Source: Candidatus Sungiibacteriota bacterium (GTDB taxonomy: Bacteria > Patescibacteriota > Minisyncoccia > Sungbacterales > HO2-52-23). Taken from it: a DNA stretch of 64,000 nucleotides. This document shows, in pieces, positions 56,032 to 64,000 of the stretch. The position numbers were made by a program, and so were the translations under genes. The notes under the pieces were generated by a model. It was not told the DNA's origin. It searched no databases and was given only the letters and a program-made list of their open reading frames with translations. The DNA lies in the NCBI GenBank assembly GCA_016432465.1, contig CP066690.1, positions 526,823 to 590,822 of the forward strand, given 5' to 3'. Within the stretch, counting starts at the first letter, position 1. Each line of letters starts with the position of its first letter.

Positions 56032-56970
56032 ATGAACGGTTTTTGCCGTGAGATGTTTTTGCGCTCACTGCAGGAATTTGAGTTAAGCGAACCAGCCTTT
56101 CGCGTCTGGACCCTTACTTTTGGTGAACACCGCAGCAAGCAAATTGGAGAAGGAATAGAATTTAAAGAGTACCGACCCTACGAGCCCGGACACGATGTAC
56201 GCGCAATTGATATTGCAGCCACCTTAAGAACCGGTAAGACTCTGATGCGGATTAATTTAACCGAAGAAAAAGTTCGTTATGTTATAGTTTTTGATGATTC
56301 TCCGTCTCTTAATTATTATGGAATGCGCGAGGCGGCTCTGCTGGCTCTTGGATGCTATGCCCTCTCGGCCGTAAAAGAACGTGATCCGTTGCGCTTGGCC
56401 GTGGTAAACGGCGATAAACAAAAAATTTTTTCCGAGCCGCTTTACACCGCAGAAGAAGTAATACCTTTTCTTTTACGCCTCTGGGATGAACCCGGCAGAA
56501 TTTCAGGACAAGCAACTTCCCTGACAAGATTTTCCGGGGAAGTCATGCGTCTGCCGCAGCTTGTCAACACCCGCGTTTTATTTGTTTCAGATTTTCTTTT
56601 CTCCGACGCCGGAGTCAAGTTTACGCGCAGGGGCGAGGCGCACCTTGAGGGCTATGGAGCGTTAAAACAGTTTACGGCCAGTGTTATTTCTTCGGGTGAG
56701 TCAACCGATCTTGCGTTTCTTGGAGTTGCCCCCTGTTGGAAAGAGTTTTTGGACCTGCGCGGGTTTGTGCCATTTACAGATTCGGAGGACCAAAGCAGGG
56801 GTCTGGTGCGGTTTACCAGAAAAAATACTAAGAAGTTTACGGATCGCGGCCGGAAGTTGGAAGAGCTCTGGAAAAGGACCGCGCTTGCGCTTAACATACC
56901 CATGGTCTGGATTCACGCCGGTGGTCCAGATGTGATTTTAAACGAACTGGCAAGACTATATACACCATAA
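56032..56970 (+). CDS. DUF58 domain protein
   Basis: GIEFKEYRPYEPGHDVRAID, DDSPS, VSDF; follows MoxR. Confidence 0.88.
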   Translation: MNGFCREMFLRSLQEFELSEPAFRVWTLTFGEHRSKQIGEGIEFKEYRPYEPGHDVRAIDIAATLRTGKTLMRINLTEEKVRYVIVFDDSPSLNYYGMREAALLALGCYALSAVKERDPLRLAVVNGDKQKIFSEPLYTAEEVIPFLLRLWDEPGRISGQATSLTRFSGEVMRLPQLVNTRVLFVSDFLFSDAGVKFTRRGEAHLEGYGALKQFTASVISSGESTDLAFLGVAPCWKEFLDLRGFVPFTDSEDQSRGLVRFTRKNTKKFTDRGRKLEELWKRTALALNIPMVWIHAGGPDVILNELARLYTP

Positions 56971-57084
56971 ATTTACTCCGCCACGAGGTGGAGTATTTTT
57001 GTTAAAGCGTGTGTATACTTGACAATATGGTGCTTTCTGTGCTAAGATGCTAACAGTTCCATCGTCGCTTCACAAGGAGAAGCA

Positions 57085-57309
57085 ATGCCGCCTGAAAAAG
57101 AGCTTGTTTGCGGAGAGTTTGATAGAGTTGAATATCTTGAAAATCATACCATCTTTTATTTCAAAGAGGGTCAAACTTTTGTTTTTAAGGGTCTTATAAG
57201 TTCGTCGTACGTACGGGGAGAGATTTTGTCGGTGGTTGGTAATCCAGATAATCCTAGAATAGTATCTAATGGAATGGGCTGTATGATCTTCGGTGGAGGT
57301 TGTATATAG
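57085..57309 (+). CDS. Small hypothetical protein
   Basis: AAGGAG RBS; promoter-like TTGACA..TAAGAT upstream; terminator hairpin downstream. Confidence 0.6.
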   Translation: MPPEKELVCGEFDRVEYLENHTIFYFKEGQTFVFKGLISSSYVRGEILSVVGNPDNPRIVSNGMGCMIFGGGCI

Positions 57310-57555
57310 TGGCACGGTATATCTAGCCTGTGTTCTCGTTCTTCTTTTCCAGCATAGCCATCAAGATAGGATGGCTATTTTTTATTCTTACGCCCCATGA
57401 CCCATGACACTTTTGCTTTTTCAATAACCAACCGCAGGGATTTTCCCCCGGCCTCCGTAGCTTTATGCGAAGGAGGCTTTATTTTAAGCCGTTTTTCAAT
57501 CTGTGAATACTTCGAATTGGTCATTTTATAGAAAATGTCATGGTGATTCAAAAAC

Positions 57556-57585
57556 TTGACAAATGCTATACTTTCATGCTATACT
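57556..57585 (+). promoter_or_regulatory. sigma70-like promoter
   Basis: TTGACA-18 nt-TATACT with extended TG. Confidence 0.55.
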
Positions 57586-57629
57586 TTAGGCAGTATTCCA
57601 GTTAGTACAACCTTAACAGGAGGTGGGCC

Positions 57630-57830
57630 ATGGCCAGCGAGATGACGGAGCACGGAGAGGTGTTCAAGTGCGAATCGGGGAACTTCGTGGGGTTCGGCGG
57701 ATCCTCATCGCTTGCCAAGATTCTCTTGGCCGCAGAGAAGGAATTTCCTGGCGTACTCCCTGAAAACCTGGAAGTCTACTGCACTGATGACCGCGACCTC
57801 TACCTCGCTCCCAAGAGCAAGTCCAAGTGA
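57630..57830 (+). CDS. Small hypothetical protein
   Basis: AGGAGGT RBS and upstream promoter. Confidence 0.6.
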   Translation: MASEMTEHGEVFKCESGNFVGFGGSSSLAKILLAAEKEFPGVLPENLEVYCTDDRDLYLAPKSKSK

Positions 57831-57974
57831 CTTGCTCTTCTTTTTTATTCCTCTACGCCCCATGACATCTCTTATACTTATTCCAGTGACAAAAATACCC
57901 TGCGGATTTGTCGCATTGATTTTTATGTTCAAGTATTGTACTATAAATTAGGTTGTCTTACCGAAGTGTGGCTT

Positions 57975-58556
57975 ATGCGTAAATCCGTTCTGGTCTGGAG
58001 TATGGCAACTGTAATACTGATTGTGTTTCAGGCGTCGGCCCACGAAGATCACGTCTCTCCACTACCGAAAAGAGCCAACGAAACACTTAGCTGCACCGGG
58101 GGAGTCGCATTTGTTCCGGATACTGCCCGCGGCGAGGGAACAATCTTAGTGATCATCACAAATCGCGCTGACTACCGTCTTCGTTTGATGGGATCGGGAA
58201 TCTTTAAAGAATCTCCATCCCTTGATCCGCGTCACTGCTTAAAGCGCTTTATACATTTCGGTAAGCATAGGATTGCCCTTTCTGCTTTCCGACTTAAAAC
58301 CTACCCCTGGTTTAAATCGCTTGAGGAATGGTTTGACGTTGGCGGAGGGTTGGTTAGTCTCGCCACGCCTAATGTAGCGCAGGCAGTCGTATATGCCGAG
58401 ATCACGAACGAAGATATAGTTCTTTATTCCGTTGGTGAGCATCTGCGGAAAAACTGGTTCAAATATTTCAGCATTGCAAGCCTGTATTTACTTACGCTTC
58501 TCACGTTAGCCGGATTACTCGTAGTGACCCGGATCGTACTCAAACTTAAAGGATAG
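57975..58556 (+). CDS. Exported/membrane hypothetical protein
   Basis: Signal peptide ending ASA; C-terminal TM helix. Confidence 0.65.
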   Translation: MRKSVLVWSMATVILIVFQASAHEDHVSPLPKRANETLSCTGGVAFVPDTARGEGTILVIITNRADYRLRLMGSGIFKESPSLDPRHCLKRFIHFGKHRIALSAFRLKTYPWFKSLEEWFDVGGGLVSLATPNVAQAVVYAEITNEDIVLYSVGEHLRKNWFKYFSIASLYLLTLLTLAGLLVVTRIVLKLKG

Positions 58557-58616
58557 ACCAATTTTACCCCGTGATTCTTCACGTGGTATTTTAATAAGGT
58601 TCGTTTACCAAGACGG

Positions 58617-58653
58617 CATCAAAAAAGAACGGAAAACCCGTTCTTTTTTGATG
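58617..58653. terminator. Bidirectional terminator-like hairpin
   Basis: catcaaaaaagaacgg-aaaac-ccgttcttttttgatg. Confidence 0.7.
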
Positions 58654-58730
58654 GAAAAAACACTGATTGACAAGAGTACAAGATCAGGCTATACCATAGA
58701 GTAAGAACGTTGACATAAGAAAGGCAAGTC

Positions 58731-60488
58731 ATGCAGCATATCAGAAGTCCGGTTCGGATGCTGGTTTTGCTTTTTTTGCTTCTTCTTGTCCCCGGTATTG
58801 GTTTTGGTCAGGATGGTTCTGATTATGGCATGGCGGCCCCGTCCCCACCAACCCCGCCGTCCTACTACACGCCGGCTGACTTTTACTATCTTGATAAAGA
58901 AGGCCGCCGGGTAACATTGGAAGTTCACCCCGGTGCGGTTATGCTTTGGTTTCCGGATGGGAAAAGTGAATCTGATATTACAAAATCTCTCTCCGAGATC
59001 GCTAACATGTTTCCACAAACGCAGATTGGGGTAGAGAAAATTCTTTTGCCGTTGGGGGTAAAGGAACTCAAGCGGATTTTTTTCAGTCGCACAGTATATG
59101 TTCTGCAGTTTTCGTCTCCGGTAAACATTATTTCGGCGTTGAATCTTCTTGCGACCCGGCAGGAGTTGATAGACGTTGCCCCTATAGTTTATCACGAGGA
59201 TAGCTGGACTTTTCCGTCAGGTGTGTGGGCGCGTACTAAACCTCTGGCCAAGAAACAACTGGATGCTTTGCTAGTGCAAATTAGTGCTTTTGGTTACTCA
59301 TCGCTACGTGCTACTAGGCCCGTTGATTCCGGTTGGCCAAACCGTCTTGAATACTTTAGCCGCGCTTTTTACTTCAAGGGAGAACCAATAAATCCCCTGC
59401 GTTTTAGCCGGTTGCTGGCCGAAGATATTAAGATTCTTTGGTCCGTGCCTGATTTTACTCCGCTTGTTCCGTGGATACGGATACGCTGCGAGGTTACGCG
59501 GCCCTCCGGAACCATTAACGACCCCTTTGTTTTTGGATGCGGAATTAAGTTTGATCCCAAGCGCATCAAGATAGATGTAGATCAGTTGAAGAAACTTAGC
59601 GGTATAAATCTTAAACCCGAATCAGTGCTGCCGGGTCTTTTCCGTACCGAGGCACCAGTAGTTATTGAAAGTCCGGGCGAAATAACCCTGAAAATTTCTT
59701 TCCGCGTATATCAGCCCAGCGAAAAACGTGTAGGAAATTTAAGCATCACTACTTTTGACTTGGGAAGTTTGCCCATTTACTACGCCATGGTGGGCGCGCC
59801 CCCCAACCTTCCTCCGCAGATAATCAACACCACCATGCTGCCTATTAGGATCTCGGCGTTGGTTCCGCGCGATAACGACGGTAATCCAACGGTGACCGAT
59901 ATTCTTGGTTGGAAGCGGATACCGGTAAGTGAGGCATTGTTACCCATCAAGCCGGAAAAATCAGTTTATTCCCAAACCGATCTGCGTTACTGGGCCTCAC
60001 TTTTTAAGGAGTATAGTCCCAAGGCCTCTTTGAGGATGCGTCAAGCGGGCGGCGGAATCGTGATTTTGGTAGTTACGATGGTGCTCGCCACCGTGTCGCT
60101 AAAAACGATCAAGGCTAGTTTGCGGCGCAGGAAATATCCTTATCAACGGTTTCGTAGGGAGCTTGCAAGGATCCGTTCGGTATCTTATATCTGTTCATTA
60201 ACCATTGAGGAACAGCATAAGGTGTTACTGTTGGCTAAATCTGTCCTGCGTTCACTCCTGAATCAGCCCCAAGGGAAAACCGATTCGGAACTGTTGCAGG
60301 AAAGTCCGGAGCCTGTTCGGGAACTGGTTGATAAAATCTTGTCTATACTCAACAACAGACACGAGGGGCAGGTTCTTCTTTCAGAAGAAATAGAGGAGAT
60401 GGCGGGCCTCTTTAGAAAACTTCTCTGGGACATGCGGGTGGTTAGACTTTGGGGTAAATTATCTAAAATGGTCCGGAAGGGGGTCTGA
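58731..60488 (+). CDS. Large exported, membrane-anchored protein (BatD-like by position)
   Basis: Signal peptide, late TM helix, directly precedes the vWA genes. Confidence 0.65.
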   Translation: MQHIRSPVRMLVLLFLLLLVPGIGFGQDGSDYGMAAPSPPTPPSYYTPADFYYLDKEGRRVTLEVHPGAVMLWFPDGKSESDITKSLSEIANMFPQTQIGVEKILLPLGVKELKRIFFSRTVYVLQFSSPVNIISALNLLATRQELIDVAPIVYHEDSWTFPSGVWARTKPLAKKQLDALLVQISAFGYSSLRATRPVDSGWPNRLEYFSRAFYFKGEPINPLRFSRLLAEDIKILWSVPDFTPLVPWIRIRCEVTRPSGTINDPFVFGCGIKFDPKRIKIDVDQLKKLSGINLKPESVLPGLFRTEAPVVIESPGEITLKISFRVYQPSEKRVGNLSITTFDLGSLPIYYAMVGAPPNLPPQIINTTMLPIRISALVPRDNDGNPTVTDILGWKRIPVSEALLPIKPEKSVYSQTDLRYWASLFKEYSPKASLRMRQAGGGIVILVVTMVLATVSLKTIKASLRRRKYPYQRFRRELARIRSVSYICSLTIEEQHKVLLLAKSVLRSLLNQPQGKTDSELLQESPEPVRELVDKILSILNNRHEGQVLLSEEIEEMAGLFRKLLWDMRVVRLWGKLSKMVRKGV

Positions 60489-60489
60489 C

Positions 60490-61635
60490 ATGTTTTCTGG
60501 CCTTGAGCTCTTTTTCTCCCGTTACTTTGAGACACCAGAGGTTCTTTTACTGATTCTTTTGTTGGTTTTATCACTGATAGTTAGCAGAAGGTCCAGAGTC
60601 AGCGTAAGTTCCCGGACACTTTTTCAGCTATTACCGCGCTCGTGTTTTACACGAGCTCTGTTTTTGCTAGGACCGCTGTTTTTGTTTCTGGGCACCTCCT
60701 CGGGTATTGTGGCTTTGGCCAAACCCCGCAGTGCTATAGTTGAGCGGATAAATCGTGAGGTCAGCGGGCAGATCGCTATTCTTATTGACGACATCTCCGG
60801 CAGTATGGGCATGCAGGCAAAAAGCGGAAAGTCTCGACTAGAAGTTCTCAAGGTTGCCAACGAAATTTTCCTGAACGAATTCTGTCGGGAAAAGATTAAA
60901 GGAGAAGGACTTGGTCTGAACATGGCGGGGCTTGTAGTTTTTGACTCTGATGCCCAAGTTTTAGTTAGACCTACCACTGATTGTAATTTGGTAAGAAGGG
61001 CGGTGCGGTCTTTAAAAGATACAACATCTACATCCGTTGAACAGGGCCTTTGGGCCGGGCTTAAACTTCTTTTGATTTTTGCTGATAAGGAACGAATCAT
61101 ACCCCTGACAGAGCTTACAGAAATTCAGACCTCGCTCAAAGAGCGGGCGGTTCGCATACCGCAGCGCCGCCAAGAGTTTTGTGAAAAAAATCAAGGTCTT
61201 TCCCTACTACTTTTTACTGATGGCGATTTCGCGATAGCCGGAAGCAGGCAAGCCTTATTACAGGAGCGCGAGACCACACGCGGAGGATACTTTAAAATAA
61301 ATCCCTTCCACGTTCTTGACCTGGCCAAGGCTCTCTGTATAAAAACTTATTTTTGGAGCATGAATGAGATTTGGCCGGCTTTTGAGGAGGCGTTTTCCAA
61401 CCCTCCCGGCACCGGAGAAGCAATGCTGGTCTCGGATCTTGACGAACGTACTCTGGGAGATTTGTACCGCAGAGTTGCAGAAAAGGAACGTGGAGGGTTT
61501 GTTATTCAGGAAGTAACGACTTATAATCCCCTAAGAAGATATTTTATAGCAGGTGCGCTGGTGGGTATACTTTGCGGGGCATTTCTTACGGGTCTGGGTC
61601 GGCTCCTTGTTCATAGCGGGAGGGCAAGAAAATGA
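60490..61635 (+). CDS. vWA domain membrane protein (BatA-like)
   Basis: ALAKP, MIDAS DISGSM, LFTDG; N- and C-terminal TM helices. Confidence 0.85.
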   Translation: MFSGLELFFSRYFETPEVLLLILLLVLSLIVSRRSRVSVSSRTLFQLLPRSCFTRALFLLGPLFLFLGTSSGIVALAKPRSAIVERINREVSGQIAILIDDISGSMGMQAKSGKSRLEVLKVANEIFLNEFCREKIKGEGLGLNMAGLVVFDSDAQVLVRPTTDCNLVRRAVRSLKDTTSTSVEQGLWAGLKLLLIFADKERIIPLTELTEIQTSLKERAVRIPQRRQEFCEKNQGLSLLLFTDGDFAIAGSRQALLQERETTRGGYFKINPFHVLDLAKALCIKTYFWSMNEIWPAFEEAFSNPPGTGEAMLVSDLDERTLGDLYRRVAEKERGGFVIQEVTTYNPLRRYFIAGALVGILCGAFLTGLGRLLVHSGRARK

Positions 61636-62378
61636 AAAAAGTCCTGATTCTTTCTTTTCTTCTGCTTCTTGGTTTGGGACTATGGCTGGCCGGAAATCAG
61701 GTTGACGAGTGGGACGCCAAAAATAAACTGCAGCAGGAAAGGGCGGAAACTGCTTTTCAGGATCGGCTGCTGCAGCTTCGCGCCTTTCCGGATAAAGTGA
61801 AAAAGATTGATCAGTTTTTGGGTCGGGGGAAACTGAAGGAGGCGCAAAAAGAAACAGCGGAATTATTAAAAAACGCGCCGGTTGAGTTTGTCAGTTCCTT
61901 GAAATATCGCGAGGCTGAAATCAATTACCGTCTTTGCGAACAAAGGCTGATTAACTTTATCTTTTTTGTTTCCAGTCATACCGCCGAGAATCCCACTCAA
62001 GAGCAGGCAGCCGAGGAACGGGATAGGGCTCTTTCCTATTGCGACAAGGCGTTGGAAATTATAAAAAGTCTTAAACCCCAAACTAAAGAAGAGGAACTTT
62101 ACTATCAATATGGACGCGGAAATTTGGAAGTGAGGCGTGCGGCTTTAGCGGCTTCCCAAGAAGAATTTACCGAAACCCTAAAAAGAGCCATGGAAGCCTA
62201 TGTGCAGGCGTTGGTAGCCAAGGATGATTACCAAACCAAGTTTAACCTTGAACTTTTAATTTGGCAGTTTGAAAAATCAGGCGGAGGCGGATCTAATAAT
62301 CAAACGCCGGCAGATTTACTGAAGCTGAAGCCAGTGCCGGGCGCGGGTCCGGGGAGACTTGGTAAAAGCAAACTATAA
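61632..62378 (+). CDS. TPR-like protein (BatC-like)
   Basis: Helical; YGRGN..AMEAYVQAL..TKFNLELL. Confidence 0.7.
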   Translation: MKKVLILSFLLLLGLGLWLAGNQVDEWDAKNKLQQERAETAFQDRLLQLRAFPDKVKKIDQFLGRGKLKEAQKETAELLKNAPVEFVSSLKYREAEINYRLCEQRLINFIFFVSSHTAENPTQEQAAEERDRALSYCDKALEIIKSLKPQTKEEELYYQYGRGNLEVRRAALAASQEEFTETLKRAMEAYVQALVAKDDYQTKFNLELLIWQFEKSGGGGSNNQTPADLLKLKPVPGAGPGRLGKSKL

Positions 62379-62450
62379 CCTTACAGGGCAGCATTGCCCT
62401 GTTTTAATTTTTATGTTATAAATTCGGCAGACAACCATAAAGAGGCCAAG

Positions 62451-63587
62451 ATGCAGCTTTTGGCTTCGTTCTTTGATACCATTGGTCCTACCCTGGCACG
62501 TATGGCCGGCGTAGATAAAATTTTATTTCACTTTCCGCAGGCTTGGTGGATGATCGGTGCTGTCCCCTTATTAGTACTTTGGTTTTTGCGGGCTCTGTAT
62601 TTGCGAAGACGCGGCGCCTCCATATTGGGGGTCAGATCCGGGTTTGTTCGCCACGCCCCAAAGTACATTTTTCTGATAACAGCCATAGTTGGTCTTGTTG
62701 CCGCGTTTTCCGATCCTTACGGGATAAGTACTGTCCCGCGGCCGGTATACAAAGGCGAGGCGCTTGACTTTGTTTTTGATCTTTCGCCAAGTCAAAAGGC
62801 CACTGACGTATCTCCTAACCGTCTGGAAGCGGTGAAAATAAAAGTGGTTGGCGCCATAGACCTGCTAAGTAAAGAAGGCACGTGGATTATGTGCATAGGG
62901 TATTTTACCATGAGCTTTAACCGCTGGCGCAGCTGCGGGCCGGATCTGGCAGGAGTAAAATTTGATATCGCGCAGCTTGATACTTATTTTAGTTATGAAG
63001 AGGGAACCGACCTTATGGCTGCTTTCCCCACTGATTATAAAGAACTTCGCAAAGAAGGTTTAAGTCCGGGGACTCGTATTACACTTTTTATTTTTACTGA
63101 CGGCGGAAAAGAAATGTGGTATGAGGCGGGTGGGGTGGTTAGGGTGCTTGAACCGGACTGGAACGAGGCCGAATTTAAAAAAAAGATAGCCGAATTTACC
63201 AAAGAGGGAATACGAGTTATTCCTGTGGGCATAGGCGGCGAGAAACCAGTTCCGGTGTATATTACTGACAACAAGGGGGTTAGCCGTCCTGCTACAAGAC
63301 CCACGGGTGAAATAGTTTATACTATGCTGGACGAGGAGATTTTGCGAAAGATCGCAGAGTGGAGCGGTGCGCCGGGTAGATATTTTATTTTGCGCGAAGG
63401 CACCTCACTAGAGCGCTGGATTACGGATACCACTCTTTTGAGCCGGGAGGTTGACCACTACGTTAACGATAAAAAGGAAAAGGAACTTTGGCAGTATCCT
63501 TTGGTTGTCGGGATAATTTCAGGAGCATTAGCGCTGGGGGCATTAGGTTTTTTCCCGCGTATTTTTGAAATTTTAAGATTCAAATAA
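62451..63587 (+). CDS. vWA domain membrane protein (BatB-like)
   Basis: DLSPSQKATDVSPNRLEAVK, GTDL, FTDGG, VGIGG, LDEEILRKIA. Confidence 0.85.
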   Translation: MQLLASFFDTIGPTLARMAGVDKILFHFPQAWWMIGAVPLLVLWFLRALYLRRRGASILGVRSGFVRHAPKYIFLITAIVGLVAAFSDPYGISTVPRPVYKGEALDFVFDLSPSQKATDVSPNRLEAVKIKVVGAIDLLSKEGTWIMCIGYFTMSFNRWRSCGPDLAGVKFDIAQLDTYFSYEEGTDLMAAFPTDYKELRKEGLSPGTRITLFIFTDGGKEMWYEAGGVVRVLEPDWNEAEFKKKIAEFTKEGIRVIPVGIGGEKPVPVYITDNKGVSRPATRPTGEIVYTMLDEEILRKIAEWSGAPGRYFILREGTSLERWITDTTLLSREVDHYVNDKKEKELWQYPLVVGIISGALALGALGFFPRIFEILRFK

Positions 63588-63678
63588 TTCCCGCATATTT
63601 TGTTGCGGGGTTTTTTGTTACTTGATAACGATAAAATTACCCTTATACTGGTATTATTGAACCTTGACAGGGGTAGTT

Positions 63679-64000
63679 ATGAAAATGTTGCTTTTGATTG
63701 GTATACTTTTGGCCGCCTTTTTGGGTGTTTCCCCAGAACCGCTTAATTCAGCCGAAGACGAGAGTAGTGACTTATCCGGCGCGAAACACGCTGTTGCTAT
63801 CATAAAATATGCCGTCCAGCTTTCTGCTGTGGCTCAAAGCAGCGCCCAGGCGCCTTATTGTGTAGGCAGTAAAGAAGACAACGTACCTTCAGAAGTCGTA
63901 GCAAGTTGCGAGAATAGTTTTGTTACGATTTGGGTTGAAAATAAAAAAGTTGACGGTGTGGAGTATAGTGTTGGAAGCGGCGGATTTATTACTTCACGGC
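63679..64000 (+). CDS. Exported protein, possibly trypsin-like peptidase, 3'-truncated by window edge
   Basis: MKMLLLIGILLAAFLG signal; ends SVGSGGFITS at the window edge. Confidence 0.5.
   Translation, partial: MKMLLLIGILLAAFLGVSPEPLNSAEDESSDLSGAKHAVAIIKYAVQLSAVAQSSAQAPYCVGSKEDNVPSEVVASCENSFVTIWVENKKVDGVEYSVGSGGFITSR

Overview
Chromosomal window from a bacterium that looks like Candidate Phyla Radiation / Parcubacteria, using genetic code 11. The taxonomic call is inferred from gene content and style: compact housekeeping clusters, alpha2-type GlyRS, a PaaX/Cas2-like gene and dprA-topA. The window holds five aminoacyl-tRNA synthetases, infC-rpmI-rplT, smpB plus tmRNA, tRNA-Leu(CAA), glmS, glyA, folD, parAB, relA/spoT, topA, dprA, a small Fe-S module (iscU and two iscA) and a MoxR/DUF58/vWA cluster. 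Over this lies a dense layer of small repetitive or mobile DNA: (1) a ~1.9 kb island (9962-11846) made of an inverted-repeat-bounded GIY-YIG nuclease pseudogene, a probable orphan DGR target gene and a RAYT-type HUH transposase with four copies of its own palindrome; (2) four more non-coding mini-elements with CCCG...CGGG terminal inverted repeats at gene boundaries; (3) a second, synonymously diverged copy of the glmS 3' end (the attTn7 region) behind one of these elements; (4) a PaaX/Cas2-like gene bracketed by two 42-bp palindromic sites; (5) many in-frame palindromes and 7-bp tandem arrays inside housekeeping genes. No CRISPR array, rRNA or reverse transcriptase is visible. All calls come from motif recognition by eye; no database searches were run.
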